Assembly: GCF_000143415.4 (NCBI RefSeq)
Contig: NW_003314365.1
Coordinates: 447,181-511,180 of the forward strand
Length of the DNA: 64,000 nt
Reading direction: 5' to 3'
Source of the DNA: Selaginella moellendorffii
Lineage: Eukaryota > Plantae > Lycopodiophyta
Of the stretch, positions 39,872 to 52,785 are shown in pieces. Each line of letters begins with the position of its first letter. The first letter of the stretch is position 1. The notes beneath the pieces were generated by a model. The model did no database searches and was not told the origin of the DNA. It worked only from the letters and a program-made list of their open reading frames with translations. The position numbers and the translations under genes were made by a program.

Positions 39872-42800
39872 TGTGAGACACAAAATCCCTAGGCCCCAAA
39901 GTGGAGCTGGAAAGGGTGCCACGTGGTAGTGGCCGAAGTGAAAGCCAAACGAGCGTAACACGTTTGGACTAAAAACTCCAACTTGAAAGGTCGAGAGCGG
40001 GAGTGGAACTCCCAACAAAGTGCTCAAGGAGCGAGCACAAAGCGAGCAATAAGCAAGGCTCCAAAAAGGGACCCAAAAAGGACCAACACATGACACATGG
40101 AAGTGTCCGAGATGGAGTCCGAGACGGACCCTAGTTGGAGTCCGAGATGGACCCGAAGTGGAGTCCGATATGGAGTCCGAAGTGGAGTCCAAGATGGAGT
40201 CCGATATGGAGCCCGAGATGGACCCGAAGTGGAGTCCGAGGTGGACAAAGACAGAGTCCGAGATGGACCCGAGATGGAGTCCGAGATGGAGTCCGAGATG
40301 GACCCGAGATGGAGTCCGAGGTGGAGTCCGAGGTGGACCGAGACGGAGTCCGAGATGGACCCGAGATGGAGTCCGAGATGGACCAAGACGGAGTCCGAGA
40401 TGGAGTCCGAGATGGAGTCCGAGAAGGACCCGAGATGGAGTCCGAGGTCGAGACCGAGACCGGGACCGAGACCGGGACCGAGACCGGGACCGAGACCGGG
40501 ACCGGGACCAAGACCGGGACCGAGACCGAGACCGAGGCCAAGGCTAAGACCGAGCCCGAGCCCGAGTCCGAGTTTGAGTCCGAGTCCAAGTCCGAGTCCG
40601 AGTCCGAGTCCGAGTTCGAGTCTGAGAGGGTGAAAGCCCAAAGCGTTCGTCTCCCAGACCCTGGGGGGTTTGGTGAGCTCCAAAAGTATAGTAAGGGGGA
40701 GGACTGCAGTGGAGCCAGTTTGGCCAAGAAAGGCCAGTTTGGCCCAGGAAGGCCAGACCCAGTGTTGGGTGATGAACTGACCACTGGGAAGTCCAAGACT
40801 AGAGTGAATACGGACCGACAAGCGGGGTAGCTTGGTGAAGTGTTCAAGAGCCAGCTCTAGTTCCCCCGGGAGATCGACTGGCCGATGCTCCCAGTCCAAG
40901 TGTGGGTGGCACTACCTACTTGGATACCAGGCGTGGCTCAACAGAACCTCGCTCTAAGCCCATGGCTAGAGCACCTAAAGGCGAAAGGTGGGGAGAGTAC
41001 CCAGGTGGCTCGCGTAAGGCCACGGTGTTCCGAAATGTTGTCCCAAAGGCCCAGACTATGGAAAGGAAGAGGAGCAGTCCTCTGGGGTAGTGACCAAGGA
41101 CACAGTCGTGTGGTGAGGAAGTCCTAGAGGACTGTGGGACTTAGTGGTCGGGCCTGTGGGCCTCGATCCAGTGACAGTGTTGGCAAACACGGCCAGGGGA
41201 AGAAAGAGACTTGGTAGGAACTGACAAAGGGACTTTGGGGAAGGCGATTCCCCAGGTCTGTGGGCATCCTAAGGATGCTAAGGAGTGGATCTAGGATGAC
41301 CACTCGTGGATAGATGGCCCAGTCTTGGAGAGACAGGATGGTGATGCAAGTGGTATTGGACCACTAGTGCAGCAAAGGTGAATGGGCATGGCCTTAGCGT
41401 AACGGGCCGAGATGTCAGTGGTACCTTTGGGTGTCGGTCTTGGGACCGGACACGTGGAGCACTTGGACCAGGTGCAAGTGTTGAGTGGCATGGATGCCAT
41501 TCTTGGGGCTAGCAAGTCCCAAGTCCTGAATTGGACTGATGGAGGTTGTGAATGAGACTCCTCCAAGTGGTCGGAGGTGTGGTTAAGTGACTAAAGTAGA
41601 ATGGAAAATTTAGTCGCTTACAACTTGGTATCGGAGCTGTTCCTTAGTTTGACTTTTATTGGTGCTCAAATATATCACCATTGATATTGGCATCGGAAGG
41701 TCCTAGGAGTGGGTCTATCCTTGAGGAGTAGCACGTCAAGAGGACATGGCTCTCCACTCGAGTTCATGCATGAACTTGGGCACGATGTGGTGGATAGAAA
41801 AGGGGCCAGTAAGGGAACGACTTTGGGATCTTGGGAACAGTATATGGTTTTCCTCAGAAAGTTGAGGATGTGATCCAGATGAACGTTTGACTTAGCAAAC
41901 TGGCTAATGTAGTTGTGGTAAACAACTATAGTTGGGATCACGGGAAAGATAAAGACTCCAAAGCAATAAAGGAGTCACAAGATTATCCTCATATAGTTGA
42001 GGTTGGTGCTCATGAATGTGGGACCAGAAGTAATGACCGTGGGAGGTCAAATACGGAAGAGGATGCTAGTACTTGAAATGGTAGCCAGGGCTATCTTTAA
42101 TAAATGCTGGAACAACCCAAGGAGTTGGGGGGTGTACTTAGAGATGAGTTGGTATTCTCATCACATGGACAAGTAGTCCTAAGGGGCAAAGGTTGCCCCA
42201 GAGAACAAAATCAAGTGTTAGAGTAACACTTGTGAAAATAGTCCTTGTGAGTGAGGACATGAATGCAAGAAGTGTATTCTAATGAGCTAGTGCTCGACAA
42301 GTAGGACCTTACGGGTCTGTGGATTAACCAAGTCCAAAACTGCTGGATGACTCAAGTAGAGTCAAAGAATGGTCCTAAAGGACTGGTGGAAGCATTTAGA
42401 CTGAAGTGTGTGGTACCCCACGAAGGATGGGGGGGATCATAGGATCCAAGGATGAGAAAAGAGGGTATCTCATCGATGGCAGAATGTGCCATACTAGAGT
42501 TGTGGGAAAGATATTCCCAGAAGAAAGCAACTTTGGCCCAGATTTGGGTGCAAACTCTATGGTGTGGTGCTAACGGATAGTTAGCATGAGGAACAACTAT
42601 ATTGGTCTTGGCAAAGACTTAGACACAAAGAAGAAGTGTCATAGAGGTAGGCTCGTGGAGCCGATGGTGTGGAGACACCAAATGTGCCAAGGTGTGATAC
42701 CTTGAGGCTATGTTGGTGGGTTCATGAGAACCCCTTGCCAAAGGAATCCCCATGGAAATGGGAATGGCATAGCCTAAGCTGCAGAGCATGCAGTTGGAGT

Positions 42801-45800
42801 GTGGTGACCCAGATAATGATGGAGGTGTGAAAGCACCAGCAATGAGTTGTAGGACTTGACAACTATGAGGCAACTAAGCAAGAGGTGCAAAATAATTGGT
42901 TAAACGGGTAGAAGGTAGCTACCCAAGCCTTCTTAATGGCATAAGGAAGTTGGATATACCCTTACGGGGGATAAGTTGCTTATGTTGTGATATAGTAAGT
43001 CAATGTCATGAAAGGAAATACTCATTGTCAAGGAAGCCATCATTGGGACACCCGAACACTCTAGAACACCAGGAGGTGGTGTTTGATGTCGCGAGGGCAA
43101 TAGATAAGGCCCAAGGGACTAAATCCCTAGCAAATGATGGATAGAAGGTGCTATCCAAATGTCCAAGGTGCCAGAGACAGGAGAAGACTGTCTACTCGAA
43201 TTGGACAAACCCAAAAATGGAATTTGGACAAGGCTAGCTATGAGCATGTAAAGGCCCATAAGCAACAACGTAATCTCGGTGTGTGGGATTATAGGGTGAG
43301 CATACCTGGATTGAGGAACCACTCCCTAGGTTATCGGGTAGGTTCATCCCTAAGAATATTTGCTAAGGCATGATAGAAAGTGCAAAGCTATCCTCCTGGT
43401 TTGGAGGAGAATGACCAAAAAAAAAAATATGTGTGAAGCCAAAAGCAAGAAGTAAGGGGGTAGAACCGAACCATAGGAATCGAAGGGCATAACCAAGGTT
43501 GGTTATGCCAGCTGGGAGTGGAGAATCAAGTGGGGGCTCGAGGGTGTTGCCGCTTACAACCGTGATGCCATGGAGAGTCTAAAATATGGAATTATCCATG
43601 TTAGACCATATGGTAATTGGAAAGCTTGCAAAAAGGGAGGCCTTAGCAAGCTAAGGGACAGAGTTCCTTCAAGGTTCCCAAAGATGATTCTAGGTAGCTT
43701 AGTACCTAGAAAGGCCAAGCGTAAATGGTTCAAAGAACGCGCAAAATCAGAGTGGCGCAGCAGAAGCGTGGTCTTGAAGCTTGCCATGAGGCAAGGCTAT
43801 CAAGGTTAGGGAAGTAGTTCCCAAGTGTTCAAAGAGAGGGCTTTGAACGAAAGTCGATGATCAACGGCTTTCACGCTTGTGCAGGAACCATGTTACAGTG
43901 GTCGGAGGACTTGCCAAAGTGAGATTAGCAAGTCAGGGGAACAAATGCCCTAGTTGAAGGTGATAACTTCAAAAGGGTGGGCCATGGGGCCAAGCATGGA
44001 GGAGTCCATGCATGATCACAGACTTGTCAAGTGAGAGGACATAGTAGTGTAGAGGAACTAGGTTCCTAAGCTGTGATCTATAGCGCGCTTTGAGTATAAG
44101 TTGGTGCACCGGCGTGGGGAGTCATGCCAGGCATCCTGGGTGATGCCGTCCGTAGATGCATATACGGAGGTTGGGTTCGAGTCCCGACCCTCTAGTGCTT
44201 GGGTTCGAGTCCCAACTCACTAGGGCGTGGTGATGGTTTGGAATATGAGGACACTCATTTTTCGGTGGTCATGGACTCTCAGTGTGGAGACTGGTTTGGG
44301 CACACCACCAAGCGAGGGATGCCTCGGAGTCGTGATGCACGGTTAGATTGCTTAGAGTGAAAGCTCGGCATATCTAACTTGAACACTTTGGTGCAAAGGG
44401 CACCAAGGACGTGGTGAATGAGATGAGGACACCCAGTCTCAGTTGCTATGGATCCTTGGCCGGAAGGGCTGGCTTGGGCGCACCGCCAAGTGTGGGGGAT
44501 GCCTCCGGGGTCATAGTCAACAACTCAGAAAGGTCTGGAAGACCTAGTCCCTATTGATAGACCTATTAAGGGGTCAAGATAAGATCACTAAGTGATCTTG
44601 TGGCTAAATAAGGACAAAGTCTTTGTTTGGGTTAAGGAATATGATTCCTAGTTCAAAGTGTTGATTTGAACTATTGATAGGTGTGGCTTGGTTGAGGTGA
44701 CCAAGTGGGAAGAACACCTAAGGGAAATGAGCTATGTCAATGCTATGGCATAGTAAGTCCAAGGAAAGTAGTCTCTATAAAAGATCCAAGGGAGGGTCTC
44801 AAAAAGTTGGGCCGTGGATAGAGCCCACGATAGAAAAATGTTAAAGAGACGTACTAGAGGTGAACACCCTCTGGACTTGGCAAAGCAAAGCGAAAGGAAA
44901 CCTAAAAAATGGAGGTAGCAATCCTATGTTGCTTGGTGCAACAATCCAAGGATAGGAGCAAAAGACGAGTGCCCAAGATAGGGCCGTGGAATCCATTGGA
45001 AAGAATCCAAGTGGCAAAGTTAGCCAAGGAACACTAATGTGGTTGATGCTAACAGATTGTGGAAAAAGAAGTGGACTTCCAAGGATGGATTCCCAAGTGC
45101 TCCAATTTGGCAAAAGAAAGGGAGGGAGCAACTAAGTAGCCAAAAGATAGGGCCGTGGACAACCCTAGCACAAATAATGATAAATGGAACGTAATGCCAA
45201 TGGTGGCACAAAAATAGAAAAGAGGATGAGGGTGCCCTCGAGTAAAGAACTTCCTAGGAGGGGAAGTGGAGTTGCACAAAATGTGCAAGGCAAGGTGTCA
45301 GAGACACCTAGGAAATTGACTCCAAAAAGTCAAGAGTAAATGTTCCAAAGTGCAAAGGTAGATCAATGGAATCTGTGACTACTCAAGAATGAGTAGTGGG
45401 ATTGAGTTAGAGAGGGTGTCTCTAACGGGTTTGGCGAGAACTGAACCAATAAAAAGGAGCAAACCACTCTAGGTGGTCAAGTGAGTCTCGAAGTTGGAGA
45501 GACTATCCTCCTTAGAGGATGGGCAAGGCATGGTGAGCCTTTGGTGTCAAACCATTGACGAATATGGAGAAGGCATGGTGAGCCGTCAATGTCAAACCAT
45601 TGACAAATATTGGCTAGGTGCCAAGGATGGGAATGGTAACACATGCGGGTGTTACTTTATAAAATGGTTTACCGTTCGATGAGGACATCGAACTTCGTCT
45701 ATGGGTGGTGGAGTTGTGAGACACAAAATCCCTAGGCCCCAAAGTGGAGCTGGAAAGGGTGCCATGTGGTAGTGGCCGAAGTGAAAGCCAAACGAGCGTA

Positions 45801-47493
45801 ACACGTTTGGACTAAAAACTCCGACTTGAAAGGTCGAGAGTGGGAGTGGAACTCCCAACAAAGTGCTCAAGGAGCGAGCACAAAGCGAGCAATAAGCAAG
45901 GCTCCAAAAAGGGACCCAAAAAGGACCAACACATGACACATGGAAGTGTCCGAGATGGAGTCCGAGACGGACCCTAGTTGGAGTCCGAGATGGACCCGAA
46001 GTGGAGTCCGATATGGAGTCCGAAGTGGAGTCCAAGATGGAGTCCGATATGGAGCCCGAGATGGACCCGAAGTGGAGTCCGAGGTGGACAAAGACAGAGT
46101 CCGAGATGGACCCGAGATGGAGTCCGAGATGGACCCGAGATGGAGTCCGAGATGGACCCGAGATGGAGTCTGAGGTGGAGTCCGAGGTGGACCGAGACGG
46201 AGTCCGAGATGGACCCGAGATGGAGTCCGAGATGGACCAAGACGGAGTCCGAGATGGAGTTCGAGATGGACCGAGATGGAGTCCGAGATGGAGTCCGAGA
46301 AGGACCCGAGATGGAGTCCGAGGTCGAGACCGAGACCGGGACCGAGACCGAGACCGGGACCAAGACCGGGACCGAGACCGAGACCGAGGCCAAGGCTAAG
46401 ACCGAGCCCGAGCCCGAGTTCGAGTCCGAGTCCAAGTCCAAGTCCGAGTCCGAGTCCGAGTCCGAGTTTGAGTCTGAGAGGGTGAAAGCCCAAAGCGTTC
46501 GTCTCCCAGACCCTGGGGGGTTTGGTGAGCTCCAAAAGTATAGTAAGGGGGAGGACTGCAGTGGAGCCAGTTTGGCCAGGAAAGGCCAGTTTGGCCAGGA
46601 AAGGCCAGTTTGGCCCAGGAAGGCCAGACCCAGTGTTGGGTGATGAACTGACCACTGGGAAGTCCAAGACTAGAGTGAATACGGACCGACAAGCGGGGTA
46701 GCTTGGTGAAGTGTTCAAGAGCCAGCTCTAGTTCCCCCGGGAGATCGACTAGCCGATGCTCCCAGTCCAAGTGTGGGTGGCACTACCTACTTGGATACCA
46801 GGCGTGGCTCAACGGAACCTCGCTCTAAGCCCATGGCTAGAGCACCTAAAGGCGAAAGGTGGGGAGAGTACCCAGGTGGCTCGCGTAAGGCCACGGTGTT
46901 CCAAAATGTTGTCCCAAAGGCCCAGACTGTGGAAAGGAACAGGAGCAGTCCTCTGGGGTAGTGACCAAGGACACAGTCGTGTGGTGAGGAAGTCCCAGAG
47001 GACTGTGGGACTTAGTGGTTGGGCCTGTGGGCCTCGATCTAGTGATAGTGTTGGCAAACACGGCCAGGGGCAGAAAGGGACTTGGTAGGAACTGACAAAG
47101 GGACTTTGGGGAAGGCGATTCCCCAGGTCTGTGGGCATCCTAAGGATGCTAAGGAGTGGATCTAGGATGACCACTCGTGGATAGATGGCCCAGTCTTGGA
47201 GAGACAGGATGGTGATGCAAGTGGTATTGGACCACTAGTGCAGCAAAGGTGAATGGGCATGGCCTTAGCGTAACGGGCCGAGATGTCAGTGGTACCTTTG
47301 GGTGTCGGTCTTTGGACCGGACACGTGGAGCACTTGGACCAGGTGCAAGTGTTGAGTGGCATGGATGCCATTCTTGGGGCTAGCAAGTCCCAAGTCCTGA
47401 ATTGGACTGATGGAGGTTGTGAATGAGACTCCTCCAAGTGGTCGGAGGTGTGGTTAAGTGACTAAAGTAGAATGGAAAATTTAGTCACTTACA
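39872..47493 (+). mobile_element. Full-length non-coding LTR element (LARD-like), 7.6 kb
   Basis: Near-identical LTRs 39872-41622 and 45715-47493 (TG...CA), PBS tggtatcggagc at 41626, PPT gggtggtggagt before the 3' LTR. The 4.1 kb internal region has no long ORF. Confidence 0.95.
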
Positions 47494-48239
47494 CTAAGGT
47501 GGTCAAGTGAGTTTCTATGTTAGAGACACTATGCTCCTTGAAGGTTGAGTAAAGCATGGTGAGCCTTCGGTGTCAAACCATTGATGAATATTGGCTAGGT
47601 GCCAAGCATGGAAAAGGTAATACATGCTGGTGTTACTTTATAAAATGGTTTATTGTTCGATGAGGACATCGAACTTCATCTATGGGTGGTGGAGTTGTAA
47701 GACACAAATCCCTAAGCCCCAAATTGGAGCTGAAAGGGTGCCACATGGTACTGGCCGAAGTGAAAGCCAAATGAGCGTAACACGTTTGGACTAAAAGCTC
47801 CGACTTGAAAGGTTGAGAGCGGGAGTGGAACTCCCAACGTAGTGCTCAAAGAACATGCATGAAGTGAGCCATAAGAGAGTCTCTAGAAAAGGGACACAAA
47901 ATAGAGTCTGAGATGGACCCGAGACGGAATCTGAGATGGAGTCCAAGATGGACACGAGACGAAATCTGACATGGAGTCTGAGATGGAGTCTGTGATGGAA
48001 TCCGAGATAGACCCGAGATGGAGTCTGAGATGGAGTCTGAGATGGAGTCTGAAATGGAGTTTGATATGGACCTGAGATGGAGTTTGAGATGGACCCGAGA
48101 TGGAGTCTGAGATGGAGTCTGAGATAGAGTCCAAGATGGACCGAGATGGACCTGAGATGGAATCTGAGATGGAGTCTGAGAAGGACCCAAGATGGAGTCC
48201 AAAGTCGAGACCGAGACCGAGATCGAGACCGAGACCGAG

Positions 48240-48757
48240 CTAGGTGGGATCCGACAGGAGTAGAGATCGGGACCACAGTATCGTAGGCAGTGGGTCATGA
48301 TAGATAAGCGGTCTGGAGAGCTACAACAGTTTAGGCACTTTGGGAAGCGAGGAACCTCCACCACTTTGAAGGCAAGCAGGCATGGGTTTCAGCGATCATA
48401 GTGACATGGTGGAGGCTGTCACTAGCAGCGGTCAAGTTAAGGGATACGCTACTTAGGGAACAGGATAAATACGCGAGGATCCAAGCATGGCACAACTGGT
48501 GGTTCCCCTGCTTTGGACAAGAGGGACTGGAAGGAGTTAAGTGGAAATGGAGGCTACCAGATGGGATTTTACAGGCAGCACAAAGGGGGGACGTGGATCT
48601 AGATGCGATACGATGAAGACGACCGCAGCCACTTTTACTACAGGCCTACTCTCACTTTAGATGAGGGAGATCCCACTAGGTAGCATGAGATTCAGACAGC
48701 ATGCCCGGTTTTTGTATTAGTCCTTACACAACATTGGGGAATGTACATACACGTTTC
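48240..48757 (+). mobile_element. 5'-truncated L1 LINE fragment
   Basis: ORF2 C-terminal-like motif TV*ALWEARNLHHFEG. ~18 bp flanking duplication atcgaga(c/g)cgagaccgag (48222-48239 / 48758-48775). Confidence 0.65.
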
Positions 48758-51700
48758 ATCGAGAGCGAGACCGAGACCAGAACCGAGACCGAGACCGAGA
48801 CCAGGATCAAGACCAAGCCCAAGCTCAAGTCTGAGTCCGAGTCTGAGTCCGAGTTCGAGTTTGAGAGGGTGAAAACCCAAAGCGTTCATCTCCCAAACCC
48901 TGGGGGGTTTGGTGAACTCCAAAAGTATAGTAGGGGGAGGACTCCAATGGAGCCAGTTTGGCCAGGAAAGGCCAGTTTGGCCCAGGAAGGTTGTACCCAG
49001 GTGTTGGGTGATGAGATAACCACTAGAAAGTCTAAAGCTAGAGTGAATATAAACCGACAAGTGGGGTAGCTTGATGAAGTGTTCAAGAGCTGGCTCTATT
49101 TCCCTCGGGAGATCGAATGGTCGATGCTCCCAGTCCAAGTGTGGGTGGCACTACCTACTTGGATACTTGGTGTGGCTCAACGGAACCTCGCTCTAAGCCC
49201 ATGGCTAGAGCACCTAAAGGTGGAAGGTGGGGAGAGTACTCACGGGGCTCACGTAGGGCCATAGTGTTCTAAAATGTCATCCTGAAGTCCCAAATGGGGG
49301 AAAGGAGGAGGAATAGTCCTATAGTGTAGTGACTAAGTATACGGTCATATGATGAGGAAGTCCCAGAGGGCAGTGGGACTTAGTGGTCGAGCTTGTGGGC
49401 CTTGTCCCAGTGGCAGTGTAGGCAAACTCGGCAATGGATAGAAAAGGGACTTGGTGGGGACGGTAAAAGGTGGTTCCCCATGTCTGCAGGCATTTTAAGG
49501 ATGTTAAGGAGTGGATCTTGGATGGTCACTCCTAGACAGATGGCCTAGTCGTTGAGAGACAGACTGCGATGCAGGTGGTGTTGGACCACCGGTGTGACCA
49601 AGGTGAAGGGGCATGGCCTTAGTGTAATAGGCTGGTATGTCGGTGGTGCCTTGGGGTGTCAGTTGTAGGACCGGACATGTGGAGCACTTGGACCAAGTGC
49701 AAAGGATGAGTGGCATGGATGCCATTCTCGGGGCTAGCAAGTCCTAAGTCCTGAATTAGACTTAAGGAGGTTGTGAATAAGGATCCTCCAAGTGGTCAAA
49801 GGTATGGTTAAATGACTAAAGTAGAATGGAAAATTTACTCGTTTATAGCTAGCAAGTCCATAAGTCCGGAATAGGACTTATGGAGGTTGTGAGTGAGACT
49901 CCTCCAAGTGGTCGAAGGTGTGGTTAAGTGATTAAAGTAGAATGGAAAATTTAATCACTTAAAATTTAGTATCGGAGCTATTCCTTAGTCTGACTTTTAT
50001 TGGTGCTCAAGTATATCATCATTGGTGTTGGTATTGGAAGGTCTTAGGAGTGGGCCTATCCGTGAGGAGTAACAAGTAGGGAAGACATGGCTCTCCATTA
50101 CAGTTCATGTGTGAACTTGTCGAGATGGTGGATAGAAAAGAGCTAATAATGGAACGATTTAGGCTATCAAGGTTGGGAAGTAGTCCCTGAGTGTTCAAAG
50201 AGATGGCTTTGAACAAAATTTGATGGTTAAGGACTTTCACGCTTATGCATGAACCATGGTACACTGGTCTAGCGACTTGCTAAGCGGACTTAGTGAGTCG
50301 GGGGAACAAAGACCCTAGTTGAAGGTGTTAACTTCAAAAGGGGTGGCCCATAGGGCAAAGCATGGAGGAGTCCATGCATGATCACAGGCTTGTCAAGTTA
50401 GGGGACTTGGTAGTTTGGAGGAATTAGGTTCCTAACCTGTGATCCATAGTGCGCTTTAAATATAAGTTGGTGCACCAGCATAGGAAGTCATACCAGGCAT
50501 CTTGGGTGATGCCATCCATAGATGCATATACAAAGGTTGGGTTCGAGTACGGACTTCTAATACTTGGCTTCGAGTCCCAAATCACTAAGGCATGGTGATG
50601 GTTTGGAATATGAGGACACTCATTTTTCGGTGGTCATGGACTCTCAACGAAGAGATTGATTTGGGCACACTGCCAAGCGGGGGATGTCCCAGAGTCGTGA
50701 TACACGGTTAGATTGCCTAGTGTGAAAGCTTGGCATATTTAACTTGAACACTTTGGTGCAATTGGCACCAAGGACGTGGTGAGTGAGATGGGGACACTCA
50801 GACTCAGTTGCTATAGACCCTTGGCCATAAGGGCTGGCTTGGGTGCACCACTAAGTGTGGGGGATGCCCCTAGAGTCATAGTCAACAACTCAAAAGGTTT
50901 GGAAGACTTAATTCCTATTGGTAGAGTTGTTGAGGGGTCAAGATGAGATCACTAGGTGATCTTATGGCTAAACAAGGACAAGTTTTTTGTTTGGGTTAAG
51001 GAATATGATTCTTAGTTCAAAGTGTTGGTTTGAACTATTGATAATCGTGTGACTTGGTCAAGGTGACCAAGTGGGAAGGACATATAAAAGGAAATTAGTT
51101 GTGCCAATACAATGGTATAGTAAGTCTAAGAAAGTAGTATTTGGGAGAGACCCATGGGAGGGTTGCAAAGTTGGGCCGTGGAGGGAGCCCATAGCAAAAA
51201 ATGCTAAAGAGACCTACTAGGGGTGAGCTCCCTTTGGACTTAGCAAAATAGAGCCTTTGCTATAGAACCAAAAGAATACCTCAAAAATGGAGGTAAGGAT
51301 CTTATGTTGCTTAGTGCAACAATCAACGAATAAAAGCAAAAGACTAGTGGCCAACTGTGGGCCATGGAGTTCATTAGAAGGAATCCAAATGGCAAAGTTA
51401 GGCATGGAACACTAATGTGTTAATGCTAACAGATTGTGAAAAAGGAAGTGTGCTTCCAAAGATGGATTCCCAAATGCTCCAAGTTGAAAGCTCCAAGGGA
51501 GGGAGCAGCAAAGTAACCAAATGATAGGGTCGTGGACAACTCTAGCACAACTTACAATAGCTAAAACTTAATGCCAAAAGTGACATAAAATAGAAAGGAG
51601 GATGATGGTGCCCTTAAGTGGGGTTATCCCATCACCTAACACCTGGTTATAGCCTTCCTGGGCTAAAATGGCCTTTTCTTGCCAAATTGGCTTTTTTTGG

Positions 51701-52171
51701 CCAAACTAGCCTTTCCTGGCCAAACTGGCTCTACTAGAGTCTTACCTCTACTATACTTTTGAAGCTCACCAAACCCCCCAGGGTCTGGGAGATGAACACT
51801 TTGGGCTTTCACCCTTTCAGACTCAAACTCAAACTCAGACTCGGACTCGGACTCGAGCTTGGGCTTGGTCTCGGCCTTGGCCTCGGTTTCGGTCCTAGTC
51901 TCGGTCTCGGTCCCGGTCTCGGTCTCAGTCTCGACTTCGGACTCCATCTCGGGTCCTTCTCGGACTCCATCTTAGATTCCATCTCGGGTCCATCTCGAAC
52001 TCCATCTCAGACTTCGTCTTGGATCCATCTCAGACTTCGTCTTGGATCCATCTCAGACTCCATTTTGGGTCCATCTCAGACTCTGTCTCGGTTCCATCTC
52101 AGACTCCATCTCGTGTCCCTTTCCTAGAGACTCTTTTATGGCTCGCTTCATGCTCGTTCCTTGAGCACTCC

Positions 52172-52785
52172 TGTAAGCTCCTGAGTTTGGACTTCCCGGG
52201 AGGTCACCCAGCCCAGTACTATTCAAACCCAAGGACGCTTAACCCCAAATATCCCAAGACCCTTAACCGATTGGAAAAGGGGGTGCACTCTTATTCATGG
52301 GCCCTTTCCCTCTATATTTGAACCCCTATGGATCGTCTCTCGAGTCGTTCCCTTTGGTTGCTTACAATCCACCACGCTTCCCTGCAAGTTCACGCCCTCG
52401 TGAACGGAAGCTGAGAGCCGCAGCTCTCCTGAGAGCCGCAGCTCTCCTGAGAGCCCCGCTCTCTTGACACCCTACCCCTCGGGTCGAGCCCAGCGGGAGC
52501 AAACTGGACCAGCCAGATGTCAATTAACATGTGGTGTGATTCCCTTAGCCAACCAACAGAGTCGGACCCGAGACCCGCTCCGATACCAAATGTAAGCTCC
52601 TGAGTTTAGACTTCCCGGGAGGTCACCCAACCCAGTACTATTCAAACCCAAGGACGCTTAACTCTAAATATCCCAAGACCCTTAACCGATTAGAAAAGGG
52701 GGTGCACTCTTGTTCATGGGCCCTTTCCCTCTATATTTGAACCCCTATGGACCGTCTCTCGAGTCGTTCCCTTTGGTTGCTTACA
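52172..52785 (-). mobile_element. Complete Cassandra-like TRIM
   Basis: LTRs 52172-52366 and 52591-52785, PBS, PPT, TSD actcc, internal 18 bp tandem duplication. Confidence 0.95.

Noticed and set aside
41623-45714. gag-pol in the full-length LTR element
   Set aside because: No long ORF and no ordered PR/RT/RH/IN motifs I could support; treated as non-coding.
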